DNA of 64,000 nucleotides, from the NCBI RefSeq assembly GCF_022045235.1, contig NW_027266341.1:9052001-9116000 (forward strand). The letters are read 5' to 3'. Under the pieces are notes generated by a model. That model was not told where the DNA came from and searched no databases. It worked only from the letters and a program-made list of their open reading frames with translations. The stretch is from Haliotis cracherodii. Its lineage: Eukaryota. Within the stretch, counting starts at the first letter, position 1. Each line of letters starts with the position of its first letter. This document shows positions 1-11,049 of this stretch, one piece after another. A program made the position numbers and the translations under genes.

Positions 1-2165
1 ATCCTCCTGCTCTTGTCACCCATCCGCCTACTATCCTCACCCATCCTCCTACTCTCGTCAACCATCCTCCTACTCTCGTCAACCATCCTCCTACTCTTGT
101 CACCCATCCTAATACTCTCGTCAGCAATCCTCCTACTCTCGCCAACCATCCTCCTATTCTCGTCAACCATCCTCCTATTCTCGTCAACCATCTTCCTACT
201 CTCGTCACCCATCCTCCTACTCTCGCCAACCATCCTCCTATTCTCGTCAACCATCCTCCTACTCTCGTCAACCATCCTCCTATTCTCGTCCCTCATTCTA
301 CTCTCGTCAACCATCCTCCTACTCTCGCCAACCATCCTAATATTCTCGTCAACCATCCTCCTACTCTCGTCAACCATCCTCCTACTCTCGTCAACCATCC
401 TCCTATTCTCGCCAACCACCCTCCTACTCTCGTCAACCATCCTCCTATTCTCGTCAACCATCCTCCTATTCTCGTCAACCATCCTCCTATTCTCGTCCCT
501 CATTCTACTCTCGTCAACCATCCTCCTACTCTCGCCAACCATCCTCCTACTCTCGTCAACCATCCTCCTATTCTCGTCAACCATCCTCCTACTCTCATCA
601 CATATCCTCCTGCTCTCGTCACCCATCCGCCTACTATCCTCACCCATCCGCCTACTATCCTCACCCATCCGCCTACTCTCGTCAACCATCCTCCTACTCT
701 CGTCACCCATCCTCCTACTCTCGTCAACCATCCTCCTACTCTTGACACCCATCCTAATACTCTCGTCAGCAATCCTCCTACTCTTGTCACCCATCCTCCT
801 ACTCTTGTCACCCATCCGCCTACTCTCGTCACCCATCCTCCTACTCTCGCCAACCATCCTCCTATTCTCGTCAACCATCCTCCTACTCTCGTCAACCATC
901 CTCCTATTCTCGTCCCTCATTCTACTCTCGTCAACCATCCTCCTACTCTCGCCAACCATCCTCCTATTCTCGTCAACCATCCTCCTACTCTCGTCAACTA
1001 TCCTCCTACTCTCGTCAACCATCCTCCTATTCTCGTCAACCATCCTCCTACTCTCGTCACCCATCCTCCTACTCTCGTCAACCATCCTCCTACTCTTGAC
1101 ACCCATCCTAATACTCTCGTCAGCAATCCTCCTACTCTTGTCACCCATCCTCCTACTCTTGTCACCCATCCGCCTACTCTTGTCACCCATCCTCCTACTC
1201 TCGTCAACCATCCTCCTATTCTCGTCCCTCATTCTACTCTCGTCACCCATCCTCCTACTCTCGTCAACCATCCTCCTACTCTTTTCACCCATCCTAATAC
1301 TCTCGTCAGCAATCCTCCTACTCTCGTCAACCATCCTCCTATTCTCGTCAACCATCCTTCTATTCTCGTCACCCATCCTCCTACTCTCGTCACCCATCCT
1401 CCTACTCTCGTCACCCATCCTCCTACTCTTGTCACCCATCCTAATACTCTTGTCACCCATCCTAATACTCTCGTCAGCAATCCTCCTACTCTCGTCACCC
1501 ATCATCTTACTCTCGTCAACCATCCTCCTACTCTTTTCACCCATCCTAATACTCTCGTCAGCAATCCTCCTACTCTCGTCAACCATCCTCCTATTCTCGT
1601 CAACCATCCTTCTATTCTCGTCAACCATCCTCCTACTCTTGACACCCATCCTAATACTCTCGTCAACCATCCTCCTACTCTTGTCACCCATCCTAATACT
1701 CTCGTCAGCAATCCTCTTACTCTCGTCACCCATCCTCCTACTCTTGTCACCCATCCTCCTACTCTTGTCACCCATCCTCTCGTCACCCATCCTCCTACTC
1801 TCGTCGCCCATCCTCCTACTCTCGTCACCCATTCTTCTTCTCTCATCACCCATCATCCTACTCTCGTCAACCATCCTCCTACTCTCGTCAACCACCCTCC
1901 TACTCTCATCATATATCCTCCTGCTCTCGTCAACCATCCTCCTACTCTCGTCATCCATCCGCCTACTATCCTCACCCATCCTCCTACTCTCGTCACCCAT
2001 CCTCCTACTCTCGTCACCCATCCTCCTACTCTTGTCACCCATCCTCCTACTCTCGTCCCCCATCCTCCTATTCTCGTCCCTCATTCTACTCTCGTCACCT
2101 ATCCTCCTGCTCTCGTCACCCATCCTCCTACTCTCGTCACCCATTCTCCTCCTTTCGTCATCCCT
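1..2165. repeat. 21-bp minisatellite (ATCCTCCTACTCTCGTCAACC) with 15/18/24-bp variant units; runs off window start
   Basis: About 100 tandem units seen directly; length variants are multiples of 3. Confidence 0.97.
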
Positions 2166-2222
2166 CCTCGTACTCGCAGAGACCAACGTCCTTCCTTCAC
2201 TGACCACACTAGTCGTCCTTAT
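3..2222 (-). CDS. Candidate large repeat-coding exon (IRTTSVVSEGRTLVSASTRRDDERRRMGDESRRM-[VDESRRM]n), open to window edge
   Basis: Minus frame has no stop over 740 codons and begins right after an acceptor-like catgttcttgtag (AG at 2223-2224); not in ORF track because no stop lies inside the window. Confidence 0.3.
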   Translation of the reverse strand, partial: MRTTSVVSEGRTLVSASTRRDDERRRMGDESRRMGDESRRIGDESRMRDENRRMGDESRRMGDKSRRMGDESRRMGDESRRMGEDSRRMDDESRRMVDESRRIYDESRRVVDESRRMVDESRMMGDERRRMGDESRRMGDESRRMGDERMGDKSRRMGDKSRRMGDESKRIADESIRMGDKSRRMVDESIRMGVKSRRMVDENRRMVDENRRMVDESRRIADESIRMGEKSRRMVDESKMMGDESRRIADESIRMGDKSIRMGDKSRRMGDESRRMGDESRRMGDENRRMVDENRRMVDESRRIADESIRMGEKSRRMVDESRRMGDESRMRDENRRMVDESRRMGDKSRRMGDKSRRMGDKSRRIADESIRMGVKSRRMVDESRRMGDESRRMVDENRRMVDESRRIVDESRRMVDENRRMVGESRRMVDESRMRDENRRMVDESRRMVDENRRMVGESRRMGDESRRMGDKSRRMGDKSRRIADESIRMGVKSRRMVDESRRMGDESRRMVDESRRMGEDSRRMGEDSRRMGDESRRICDESRRMVDENRRMVDESRRMVGESRRMVDESRMRDENRRMVDENRRMVDENRRMVDESRRVVGENRRMVDESRRMVDESRRMVDENIRMVGESRRMVDESRMRDENRRMVDESRRMVDENRRMVGESRRMGDESRKMVDENRRMVDENRRMVGESRRIADESIRMGDKSRRMVDESRRMVDESRRMGEDSRRMGDKSRR

Positions 2223-2269
2223 CTACAAGAACATGCACTGTTCTTTTATGGCTTGTTTATCGTTTAGGG

Positions 2270-2590
2270 TGGTGCATGAGGTTAGGTGAAATAGGGTTTA
2301 ACGTCGCGTTCAAGATTACTGCACTTATATAGCGACGTGTGTGTGTGTTATGTGTTCGCTTGTCCTAGTCCGGATTAATTTGAGATACCACAGAGATACA
2401 ATGCCGCCTTCTAACATGAATACCTCACTCAGAAACAATAAAATGACTTCGAGACAACCACTCCTTGTTTTAGCCCCTTAATGCCGAGCGCCAGACAGTG
2501 TAACAACAAGTACCATATTTTAACATTTTTTAGTAATAAACGGTCGCGGATCGAACACCCGACCTTCCGCTCTCATGGAAGCGGTACCCA
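2270..2590 (-). mobile_element. tRNA-derived MetaSINE/MESC-like SINE, degenerate head
   Basis: Matches full copy at 8907-9252 in reverse orientation. Confidence 0.85.
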
Positions 2591-3859
2591 CAAAAATGAA
2601 ACCAATGTCATAGGCAAATGTTTTCAAATGTTACGTGGCAATGCAGGATGTATCTTTCCCGATGTATACATTATAAAACAACACCGCAACAATATCGCCC
2701 CGAAGGCACGGGGTACGAGTACGGGCCAACGAAGACGTCACATACTGCCTAATATCAGCATCTGTAGTACATACAGTGAATACAGTGAAAACAATAACAG
2801 GTAAAAGAGGCCTCATGATCATCTTTCGGTGACCAACTCGTTGGCACTTGTGCGGAGGAACAGGACCCATGCCTGTCGTTATGGAGGACCTGTTTATATT
2901 TCGTGTTATCGTGCCCCAGTGGCGTGTAACGTTGCCTATACTTTGCTTGTGGTTTTCCTGTCCTTATTTAGAAGCCGCTGCCTTAGAGTTGCAAATTACT
3001 CAATGCAGATTTAACAACATTCACTTTCTTTTCTTTCCTTACTTATCAAAGTGCAGTACCACTGGGCTTATTATTGAACCCTTTTCTCTGCGGACAGTTC
3101 AAAAACAGCATGCCATATCAAAGGAATCCATGATTCGTTATTCTGGTCGATTTCGTCGGAACGGTGCCGCCCGGATTACGAGATTCACTGTATGTGAATG
3201 TTTGACAGACTGATACATGATTTGACAGATTGACACAGATTGACAGATTTGACACATGGCTAATGTTTGATTGTCATATAAATTTAATAATTGTGACAGC
3301 TTCTCTGCAATTCCACACCCCAAAGGATGATCTGCATCGTTTGTGATAGCGTATTGGCGATATGTTTAAGATCCAATTTTTGTGATAACAAAACTGAAGT
3401 TTGTTCACGTGAATCATGTGTCGGCTGAAGGGAATTATACAATCTGTGGAACATGATGAACTATATCTTTTTGCTCAAATCGCATTTCCGCAGTCAATCA
3501 TTTGCGTACAGAGTCACGCACAGAGTAAAACTGAATGCAAATATTAATGGACTTTTCTTTCGGGATATTATTGCGGGTCAGTTTCACATATGCACTGTGC
3601 CAAAACTCCAGGGTTGTCAACTTAGCGTCAAATATTTTCTTACTTGGCTAATTTGCATACAAACTGTTCACGCATTACAAGTAGGTACAGAGAATGGATG
3701 GGTATGCCACTTTCAACAATATCTAATAAATATCACGACAGGGACACCACAGATGAGTTACACACTTGTGTCAACGTTGACAACCATCATCTGATCTTCG
3801 GCCTGATAAAAATCCACAAGGCTACCGCGCTCCTGCACCAGTCAAACATGTGTAATTCG

Positions 3860-4065
3860 GGTGTTTTAAGGATTGGCAGTTGGCACACGTCTTATTAGAA
3901 TGACTTGGTTGATAGCGTTGCATCGTGCTCCGACGGTATGGATCGTTGCTCACAATATCAATCACGAATTTGTCTGGACCAAATTCGATGATTTTCTGGC
4001 CACCATCATGTTGCTGGATTACTGTTGAGAGTGACGTTAAACAACAAACAACAAACAAAACAAAA
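3860..4065 (+). mobile_element. Nin-domain-like SINE, degenerate
   Basis: Body and tail (gctggattactg...cgttaaacaacaaacaac) match copies at 17225 and 63802. Confidence 0.75.
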
Positions 4066-4519
4066 CGAGGAAAAAAAATGAATTAATTATGAGTGATTTT
4101 ATCTGATTGGGCTAGTTGATGAAATTGGTGACAGGGCATGTAAACTGGATGTCACTGTTACTGAACCTGTTCCAGTGGTAACGGTTATATCTAAACTTGA
4201 AAATAAATGCATTTCAGTGTATTTCGAATTTACTGTACCCACATAGCGATTAATTCAACATGACGTTATGTTAATCGTTGGTGCTTTCAGAGGCAGAGGT
4301 TACCATGCCCGACGACGGTTAATTGGCATGACAAGAGATAATGTGCTCATCCTCATTTGTCTAGAATACTCAAGGTTCCTAAGCCCATTTGACAAATACA
4401 AATAGGAACTCGACAGCAACAGATTTCAAGGGAACCGTTCAACAGAACTTGGAGAATCCCTGAAGGTATATTTGACAGGGATGATAAACAAACGTAACAT
4501 TGTAATGCGATCGCAAGAA

Positions 4520-6565
4520 GAAACAGAATAGTGCTGAGTGGTTGTAGATGACGTGCTTCTGAGTAGTTGTAGTTGACATGGTGCTGAGTAGTTGTAGTTG
4601 ACGCGGTGCTGAGTAGGTGTTGTTGACGCACTGCTGAGTAGTTGTTGTTGCGATGCTGTGTAGTTGTAGTTGACGTGGTGCAAAGTAACTGAAGTTGACG
4701 AGGTGATGAGTAGTTGCAGTTGACGCGGTATTTGATTCTGCGTAGGTGTTGTTGACGTTGCTGAGCCTTTGTAGTGGACGTAGACTTGAGTAGATGTAGC
4801 TGTAGTGGACGTTGTTCAGAGACGTTGCAGGTGGCGTTATTCGGACTGGTTGTAGTTACTGTGGTCCTGATTCGTTGTAGTTGAAGCTGTGTTCAGGACT
4901 TGTAGTCCTCGTGGTGTAGATTATGAGTAGTTGAAGTTTGCGTCATTTTCAGTAGTTGCAGTGATGCTGAGTGGTTGCAGTTGACGAAGTCGGAGTTGTT
5001 TTAGTTGACGTGGTTCTGTGTAGTTGTTGACGTGGTTCTGAGTGGTTGTTGACGTGGTTCTGAGTGGTTGTTGACGTGGTTCTGAGTGGTTGTTGACGTG
5101 GTTCTGTGTAGTTGTTGACGAGGAGCTGAGTAGTTGTTGACGTGGTTCTGAGTAGTTGTTGACGTGGTTCTGTGTAGTTGTTGACGTGGTTCTGTGTAGT
5201 TGTTGACGTGGTGCTGAGTAGTTTTAGTTGACGTGGTTCTGAGTGGCTGCTGACGTGGTTCTGTGTTGTTGTTGACGTGGTGCTGAGTTGTTGTTGACGT
5301 GGTGCTGAGTGGTTGTTCACGTGGTTCTGTGTAAATGTTGACGTGGTGCTGATGAGTAGTTTTAGTTGACGTTGTTCTGAGTGTTTGTTGACGTGGTTCT
5401 GTGTAGTTGTTGACGTGGAGCTGAGTAGTTGTTGACGAAGTGCAGAGTGGCTGTTGACGTGGTTCTATGTAGTTGTTGACGTGGTGCTGAGTAGTTTTAG
5501 TTGACGTGGTTCTGAGTAGTTGTTGACGTGGTTCTATGTAGTTGTTGACGTGGTTCTGTGTAGTTGTTGACGTGGTTCTGTGTAGTTGTTGTCGTGGTGC
5601 TGAGTGGTTGTTGACGTGGTGCTGAGTAGTTGTTGACGTGGTGCTGAGTAGTTGTTGACGTGGTTCTGAGTGGTTGTTGACGTGGTTCTGAGTGGTTGTT
5701 GACCTGGTGCTGAGTAGTTGTTGACGAAGTGCAGAGTGGCTGTTGACGTGGTTCTATGTAGTTGTTGACGTGGTGCTGAGTAGTTTTAGTTGACGTGGTT
5801 CTGAGTAGTTGTTGACGTGGTTCTATGTAGTTGTTGACGTGGTGCTGAGTAGTTGTTGACGTGGTTCTGTGTAGTTGTTGACGTGGTTCTGTGTAGTTGT
5901 TGTCGTGGTGCTGAGTGGTTGTTGACGTGGTTCTGAGTGGTTGTTGACGTGGTGCTGAGTAGTTGTTGACGTGGTGCTGAGTAGTTGTTGACGTGGTTCT
6001 GAGTGGTTGTTGACGTGGTTCTGAATGGTTGTTGACGTGGTGCTGAGTAGTTGTTGACGTGGTTCTGAGTGGTTGTTGACGTGGTGCTGAGTGGTTGTTG
6101 ACGTGGTTCTGAGTGGTTGTTGACGTGGTTCTGAGTGGTTGTTGACGTGGTGCTGAGTAGTTGTTGACGTGGTTCTGTGTAGTTGTTGACGTGGTGCTGA
6201 GTAGTTGTTGACGTGGTTCTGAGTGGTTGTTGACGTGGATCTGTGTAGCTGTTGACGTGGAGATGAGTAGATGTTGACGAGGTGCTGAGCAGTTTTTGAC
6301 GTGGTGCTGTGTAGTTGTTGACGTGGTTCTGATTGGTTGTTGACGTGGTTCTGAGCGGTTGTTGACGTGGTTCTGTGTAGTTGTTGACGTGGTTCTGATT
6401 GGTTGTTGACGTGGTTCTGAGCGGTTGTTGACGTGGTTCTGTGTAGTTGTTGACGTGATTCTGAGTAGTTGTTGTCGTGGTTCTGAGTAGTTGCAACTGA
6501 CGTGGTTTTTAGTAGTTGTAGTCGCGTAACTGGTTGTAGCTGGTGTGATCATGGGTGGTTGTAGA
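4520..6565. repeat. 22-bp minisatellite (GTTGACGTGGTTCTGAGTAGTT) with degenerate ~25-bp units at left flank
   Basis: Tandem units seen directly; the T/N/Q-rich ORFs cycle through all frames, as expected for a non-coding 22-mer. Confidence 0.96.
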
Positions 6566-7199
6566 TGACGTTGTATCGACTGACAAACTTTTCTACATAC
6601 TTCACAGGGCAAAAATGAATCCCCGGATAGGCTGTAAATCAGGACATGTGTATATCGTAACGGAATTCGTTCATATCCCTCCTTTAGGATATGTCTTAAC
6701 GCAGTGAAACACGATGTCTCCAGGAATATTAGATGGTCGGTAGCCTGTCCAAAACATAAAGCCACATTCAGCTACACACGTATGTGATAACTCGTCTTCC
6801 ACGTCAACGCGCTCGCCAATGACACACGTAACGCCCGCTTTTTGCAACGTTAACCATCAAACAGAAATGCGGAAGATGATGGCATGTTCTTTTGGATCTC
6901 TAACATCCCATCCACAGTTGCGTCGGGGGATCGATACAATTTCATTTCACAGTTTTGAGTTTACTGCCAGATATAGGTTCAAATATCTCAATTATCATGG
7001 TCACTCACCGACGTCTATGTGGCTGAAGCCTCGACCAGCTGATTAGAAACATGTCTGCAAAACGTCTCGGTAAGCGTGCTGGTGGTGTTGCAAGCGAGGT
7101 CAACTCAATTTCCAAAACTTTCGAAATGTATCACGAAATAGGATGTTTGCTTGCTAATGGATACATAAACCTGTATACGTGAGATGATGTAGTGAGTCT

Positions 7200-7385
7200 G
7201 TCAGTCTGTAAATCAGGTTAAATGGGGAAAGCTATAACCGGACAGTTCTACATATAATGCTGCTGATTGGTGTAATATGGGTCATCTGTCGTCCATCCTC
7301 GTGGGGATGAGTAGAATGTAACAAAGTACGTGTTAGGTGTAGGGCCTAAACTGAAGATCTGGTGGTTGAAACGCGTCAGTGTACA
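7200..7385 (+). mobile_element. Penelope-like element 3' relic with minimal hammerhead-like motif
   Basis: RLNGESYNRTVPTYNAA resembles the LNRxxG..L.xxYNA C-terminus of PLE proteins; followed by CTGAAGA-N10-GAAACGCGTC (7351-7377). Confidence 0.45.
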
Positions 7386-7659
7386 TGTATGGTCGAGACT
7401 GTTATTAGTATTTACAGATCACAGTGGTATACCTGCCTCAATGATTGTGTAGATGCTAATCTATTCCACCATTAGTACCGATGGCCCATATTTTGTGATT
7501 TACAGGTCTTTGACATGTAGCTGGCTCGTGTTCTCAACCAGTGGTACCTATGACCCAGACGATGCTTTTTTACAGGAAACAATGATATAGCTGACTTCTT
7601 TACTATGCAGCGAACTTTCACATAAAGACATTAGATTTGTTTTCAACATAACCCCTATC

Positions 7660-8826
7660 CCTACTGATACACCTTTTCCAATGATGTTGAAGGGATTTTA
7701 TCCCAATCCCTCTCTTGGCTGTTTAACAGTTTCTCGCCTGCTGCTATGGCTTAATCTTGCGTGTCGAAAGACGTCTGGCTGGAGCTTTATAAATTTCGTC
7801 ATGTTTGACGGGGCCAGATGTGGAGAGTGAGGTGGGTGCTGAAGCAGGTCAAAGCCACATGCGTAATGACTGATTTGTGCACTGGTGTGTAGTGATTGGG
7901 AGATTTTGGAGTCGACCATGATGACACACACCCGGCATCCCAGAAGATGGAGGCAATAACCTTCCCGGCTTCAGTGATAATCTTAGCCTTCTTCCACTGT
8001 TTTGATTGTTGTGAGTCACAAAGCGTTGCAAGAACCTTTTTGGACCAGCTTCAAACAATGTTTGATTATCACGAGACATGCTGTGTCTGATGCCTTTTTT
8101 ATCAAATGTCCGAAAGTTTGGAACTGAACGCGCTGAAAGTGTATGTGTCAATGGAATGTGCTCTGTCCTGGGAAATTCCTCCAGAACTGGCAATTCGCCG
8201 GTCGGTCATCATCATATATTGGATTTTCTGTATCATGTCTTGTGTTGCTGACGTCAAGGGCCTTCCAGGACGGGGTTAGTCTTCAGGGGTCTCTCTGCCA
8301 CGTTTAAACACTGCTGCCCACCTCTTTACTGTCCCGTGAAGATTCCGGGTTCGAATTGGTCTACAGCACCCCATGCTTGTCGTAAGAGGCGTATGCGATC
8401 GGATAGTCAGGCTTGCTGACTTGGATGTCATGGGACTGTATCCCAATTGCGTTGATAGGTGCTCATGATGTCAATCACTGGATTGTCTGGTCCAGACTCA
8501 ATTATTTACAGACCGGCGCCATACGGGTGGAATATTGCTGAGTGCAACAAACAAACTTTACTGTCGGATATGAAAGGTCAGCCTCACATGGTGTAACTTT
8601 ATCTTCATTGATAGCTTTCGTGTCAATCCTTTTTTTCACATTCCTCAAGTTTGTGGATGTTGCCGCAGGTCACAGGCCCGTTCTTGTTTGCATTGACTTG
8701 TCACAGTGAAGAAATGTACTCAAATCACTCAAGTTTTTATGGATATATGACATCATGTTATGTTCAGGAAACATAATAGTCTCACTATTACACAGTTCTT
8801 TCTATGTGCGCCTCAGACCCCTCGTA
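7660..8826 (-). mobile_element. Mariner-like transposon relic (pseudogenised transposase), interrupted by a SINE
   Basis: After SINE removal reads SYPTVKRWAAVFKRGRETPED*PRPGRP; also FLQRFVT and HPPHSPHLAPS motifs; TIR-like end CCCCTCGTA at ~8818-8826. Confidence 0.85.
8331..8555 (+). mobile_element. Nin-domain-like SINE inserted in mariner relic
   Basis: catgcttgtcgtaagaggc core, (ACAA)n tail, TSD CTTTACT at 8324-8330 and 8556-8562. Confidence 0.9.
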
Positions 8827-8906
8827 AATGCATATAACATGTTGTACACATATATTACCAGGAATAATTGATGTCAATTGTCCTTAGTGAACGAATCATT
8901 TTAATT

Positions 8907-9252
8907 TGGACCGCCTCCGTGGTCTAGTGGTAGAGTGTCCGCCCGGAGAGCGGAAGGTACGGGGTTCGATCCCCGGCCGCGTCATATCAAAAGACGTTAA
9001 AAGATTGTACTTGTTGTTGCCATGTCTGACGCTCGGCATTAAGGGACTAAAACAAGGACTGGTCGGCTTGGAGTCAGTATACTGTGTCTGAGTGGGGCAT
9101 TCATATTAAACTGCGGCATGGTATCTCAGTGTGCTAGCACTATAAATCGGCATCAGTCCGGAGTAGTACAAACACACAAACGTACATGCACGTCGCTATA
9201 TAAGTGCAATAATCTTGGACGCGACGTTAAACCCAATTTCACCTCACCTCAC
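8907..9252 (+). mobile_element. Full-length tRNA-derived MetaSINE/MESC-like SINE
   Basis: A box TGGTCTAGTGG, B box GGTTCGATCCC, central gtcatatcaaaagacg..gctcggcattaagg domain, (CACCT)n tail, 10-bp TSD CATTTTAATT (8897-8906, 9253-9262). Confidence 0.92.
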
Positions 9253-10194
9253 CATTTTAATTCGAATTCCGACCGGCAACATAGTGCATGGGCATAATAC
9301 ATCCGAATACAAAAGTAGATCGTTGGAAGCTTCATGACGTCATCAACAAATATGATTTAAAATCATAATTAGGACCCTAACAGTGATGAAAAGACGACAG
9401 TGTCACCATACAGGATATGATATCATGGTATTTTCCTGCTGCTTCGGGAACAATCTGTCAATGATGTCAGGAATAATGTCAACCAAGGTACATGTAAATT
9501 GTTCACATTTCTGTGTTTCCGCCAATTAAAATAATAATAAAACCACTAAAACAGCTTTATGCGAAAATCTAACATTCTTTTACCCAAACAGCGACCAGTC
9601 AACTGAAAAGTTATAATAGAAGGACGCTTTAGGGCTTTGTGAGGTCGATTGGTTTACGATTTACGTGAACAAGGATGAAATAACCCAATTTTCAAATTCA
9701 AATCTTTAACAAAAACACTTTAATTGTTACAGGATCCTTCAACGCAGATGATACCTTTACTTTAACAAAACCGACTGGAGGGTTTAATTAGTCCGGCACT
9801 TTTTTTGGTTTGTACCCAGTTGAGTCGAAAACAGACACATTCTTTTCCGCTTCAGTCAATATCAACTGTCAACGCCTGTCAAGTAAAACATCAGATTTCA
9901 ATCACAGAGATACTCCTGAGAACACCGTCGTCAACAGGGCCTGTGATTGAAGATTTTTTACTTGGAGATGTTGTCAATTATGTTACTGTGAATGATTGTT
10001 TTGGAGAACATTTGTTTGTTGACTAAGCATGAGTATCATTTTGTGATAATATTAAGTCTTGCATATACTGTATTCAGATAGACATTTTCTAATGCTTTTG
10101 GTTTGTGTCGTGAGAATGAGAGATGGGGTAAGAACGATCGGGGATGAAAAGCTGTGAGAAATTCAAAGAGAAAGATACTATAGGGGGTTAGAGA

Positions 10195-10534
10195 GGTGTG
10201 AGGTGAAATGGGGTTTAACGTCGCTTCCAAGATTATTGCACTTATATAGCGACGTGCATGTACGTGTGTGTGTTTGTGTGGCTGCTTATACTAGACCGGA
10301 CTGATGCCGATTTATAGTACTAGCTCACTGAGATACCATGCCGCAGTTTAACATGAATACCCCACTCAGACACAGTATACACCGAGCCAACAAGTCCTTG
10401 CTAATGCCGAGCGCCAGACAGGGTAACAACAAGTACCATCTTTTAAAGTATTTTGGTATGACGTGGTCGGGGATTGAACCCCGGACCTTCCGCTCTCCGG
10501 GCGGACGCTCTACCACTAGACCACTGAGGCGGTC
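10195..10534 (-). mobile_element. Full-length MetaSINE/MESC-like SINE
   Basis: Reverse match to 8907-9252; imperfect TSD GGGTTAGWGAG. Confidence 0.9.
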
Positions 10535-10689
10535 TTGGGTTAGTGAGAGAAAGAGAGGGGGAGAGGGGCTATTACACTTATCAGGTTTATTGACAACCCT
10601 ATACACGGTTAATTTAATATTACTGGGAGAGAAATGAATATGTATAGACTTTTGTAACATAAATACTGACTTAATGGTTATTATAAACA

Positions 10690-10870
10690 AAAAACGGGTA
10701 ACGTTTCCTGCGCCACCGTAGGTACCTGTCACAAAAGACAAGTCAATTGTTCACTTGAAAAAACACAGTCATATAATAGTACAAGTCAAAATAGGGAATT
10801 GCTTCGAATTCGCACATCAGTTTTGTCACTGTTGCGTCAAATTTGCAAATGACGACAAAAGAATCCATTG
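10690..10870 (-). repeat. Dispersed repeat fragment, probably 3' end of a Penelope-like retroelement
   Basis: Related copies at 11940-12180, 16640-17175, 25120-25274, 31620-31800 and 63235-63355; classification inferred from weak translation (KFDATVTKLMCE). Confidence 0.5.
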
Positions 10871-11049
10871 TTTTTGTATTTTGTGCTTGCCAAAAAAAGG
10901 CGAAACTTTTGTACTGTTGTTTGTTTGTTGCTGGAAGTAGTATTTTCAATATTTGTCCATGTCCAGATGTGTATGTCTTATCAAGCGATTGAAAAGCAAC
11001 ATTAAGCCCAATACTAATAATTGACATATTAATAATGTATTAATAATAA

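Noticed and set aside
13-2289. 758-aa Leu/Ser/Ile ORF on + strand
   Set aside because: Translation of a minisatellite with a TTG start; uniformly hydrophobic and implausible as a protein
4291-4466. Possible + strand exon (tttcag|...gaag|gtatat)
   Set aside because: Stops in all three frames; no supporting neighbours
1-6565. CRISPR-like arrays
   Set aside because: Head-to-tail units without unique spacers, no cas genes, eukaryotic context
4949-6765. Mucin-like T/N/Q ORFs on minus strand
   Set aside because: A 22-bp unit makes all frames cycle through the same peptide, and stops occur; non-coding VNTR
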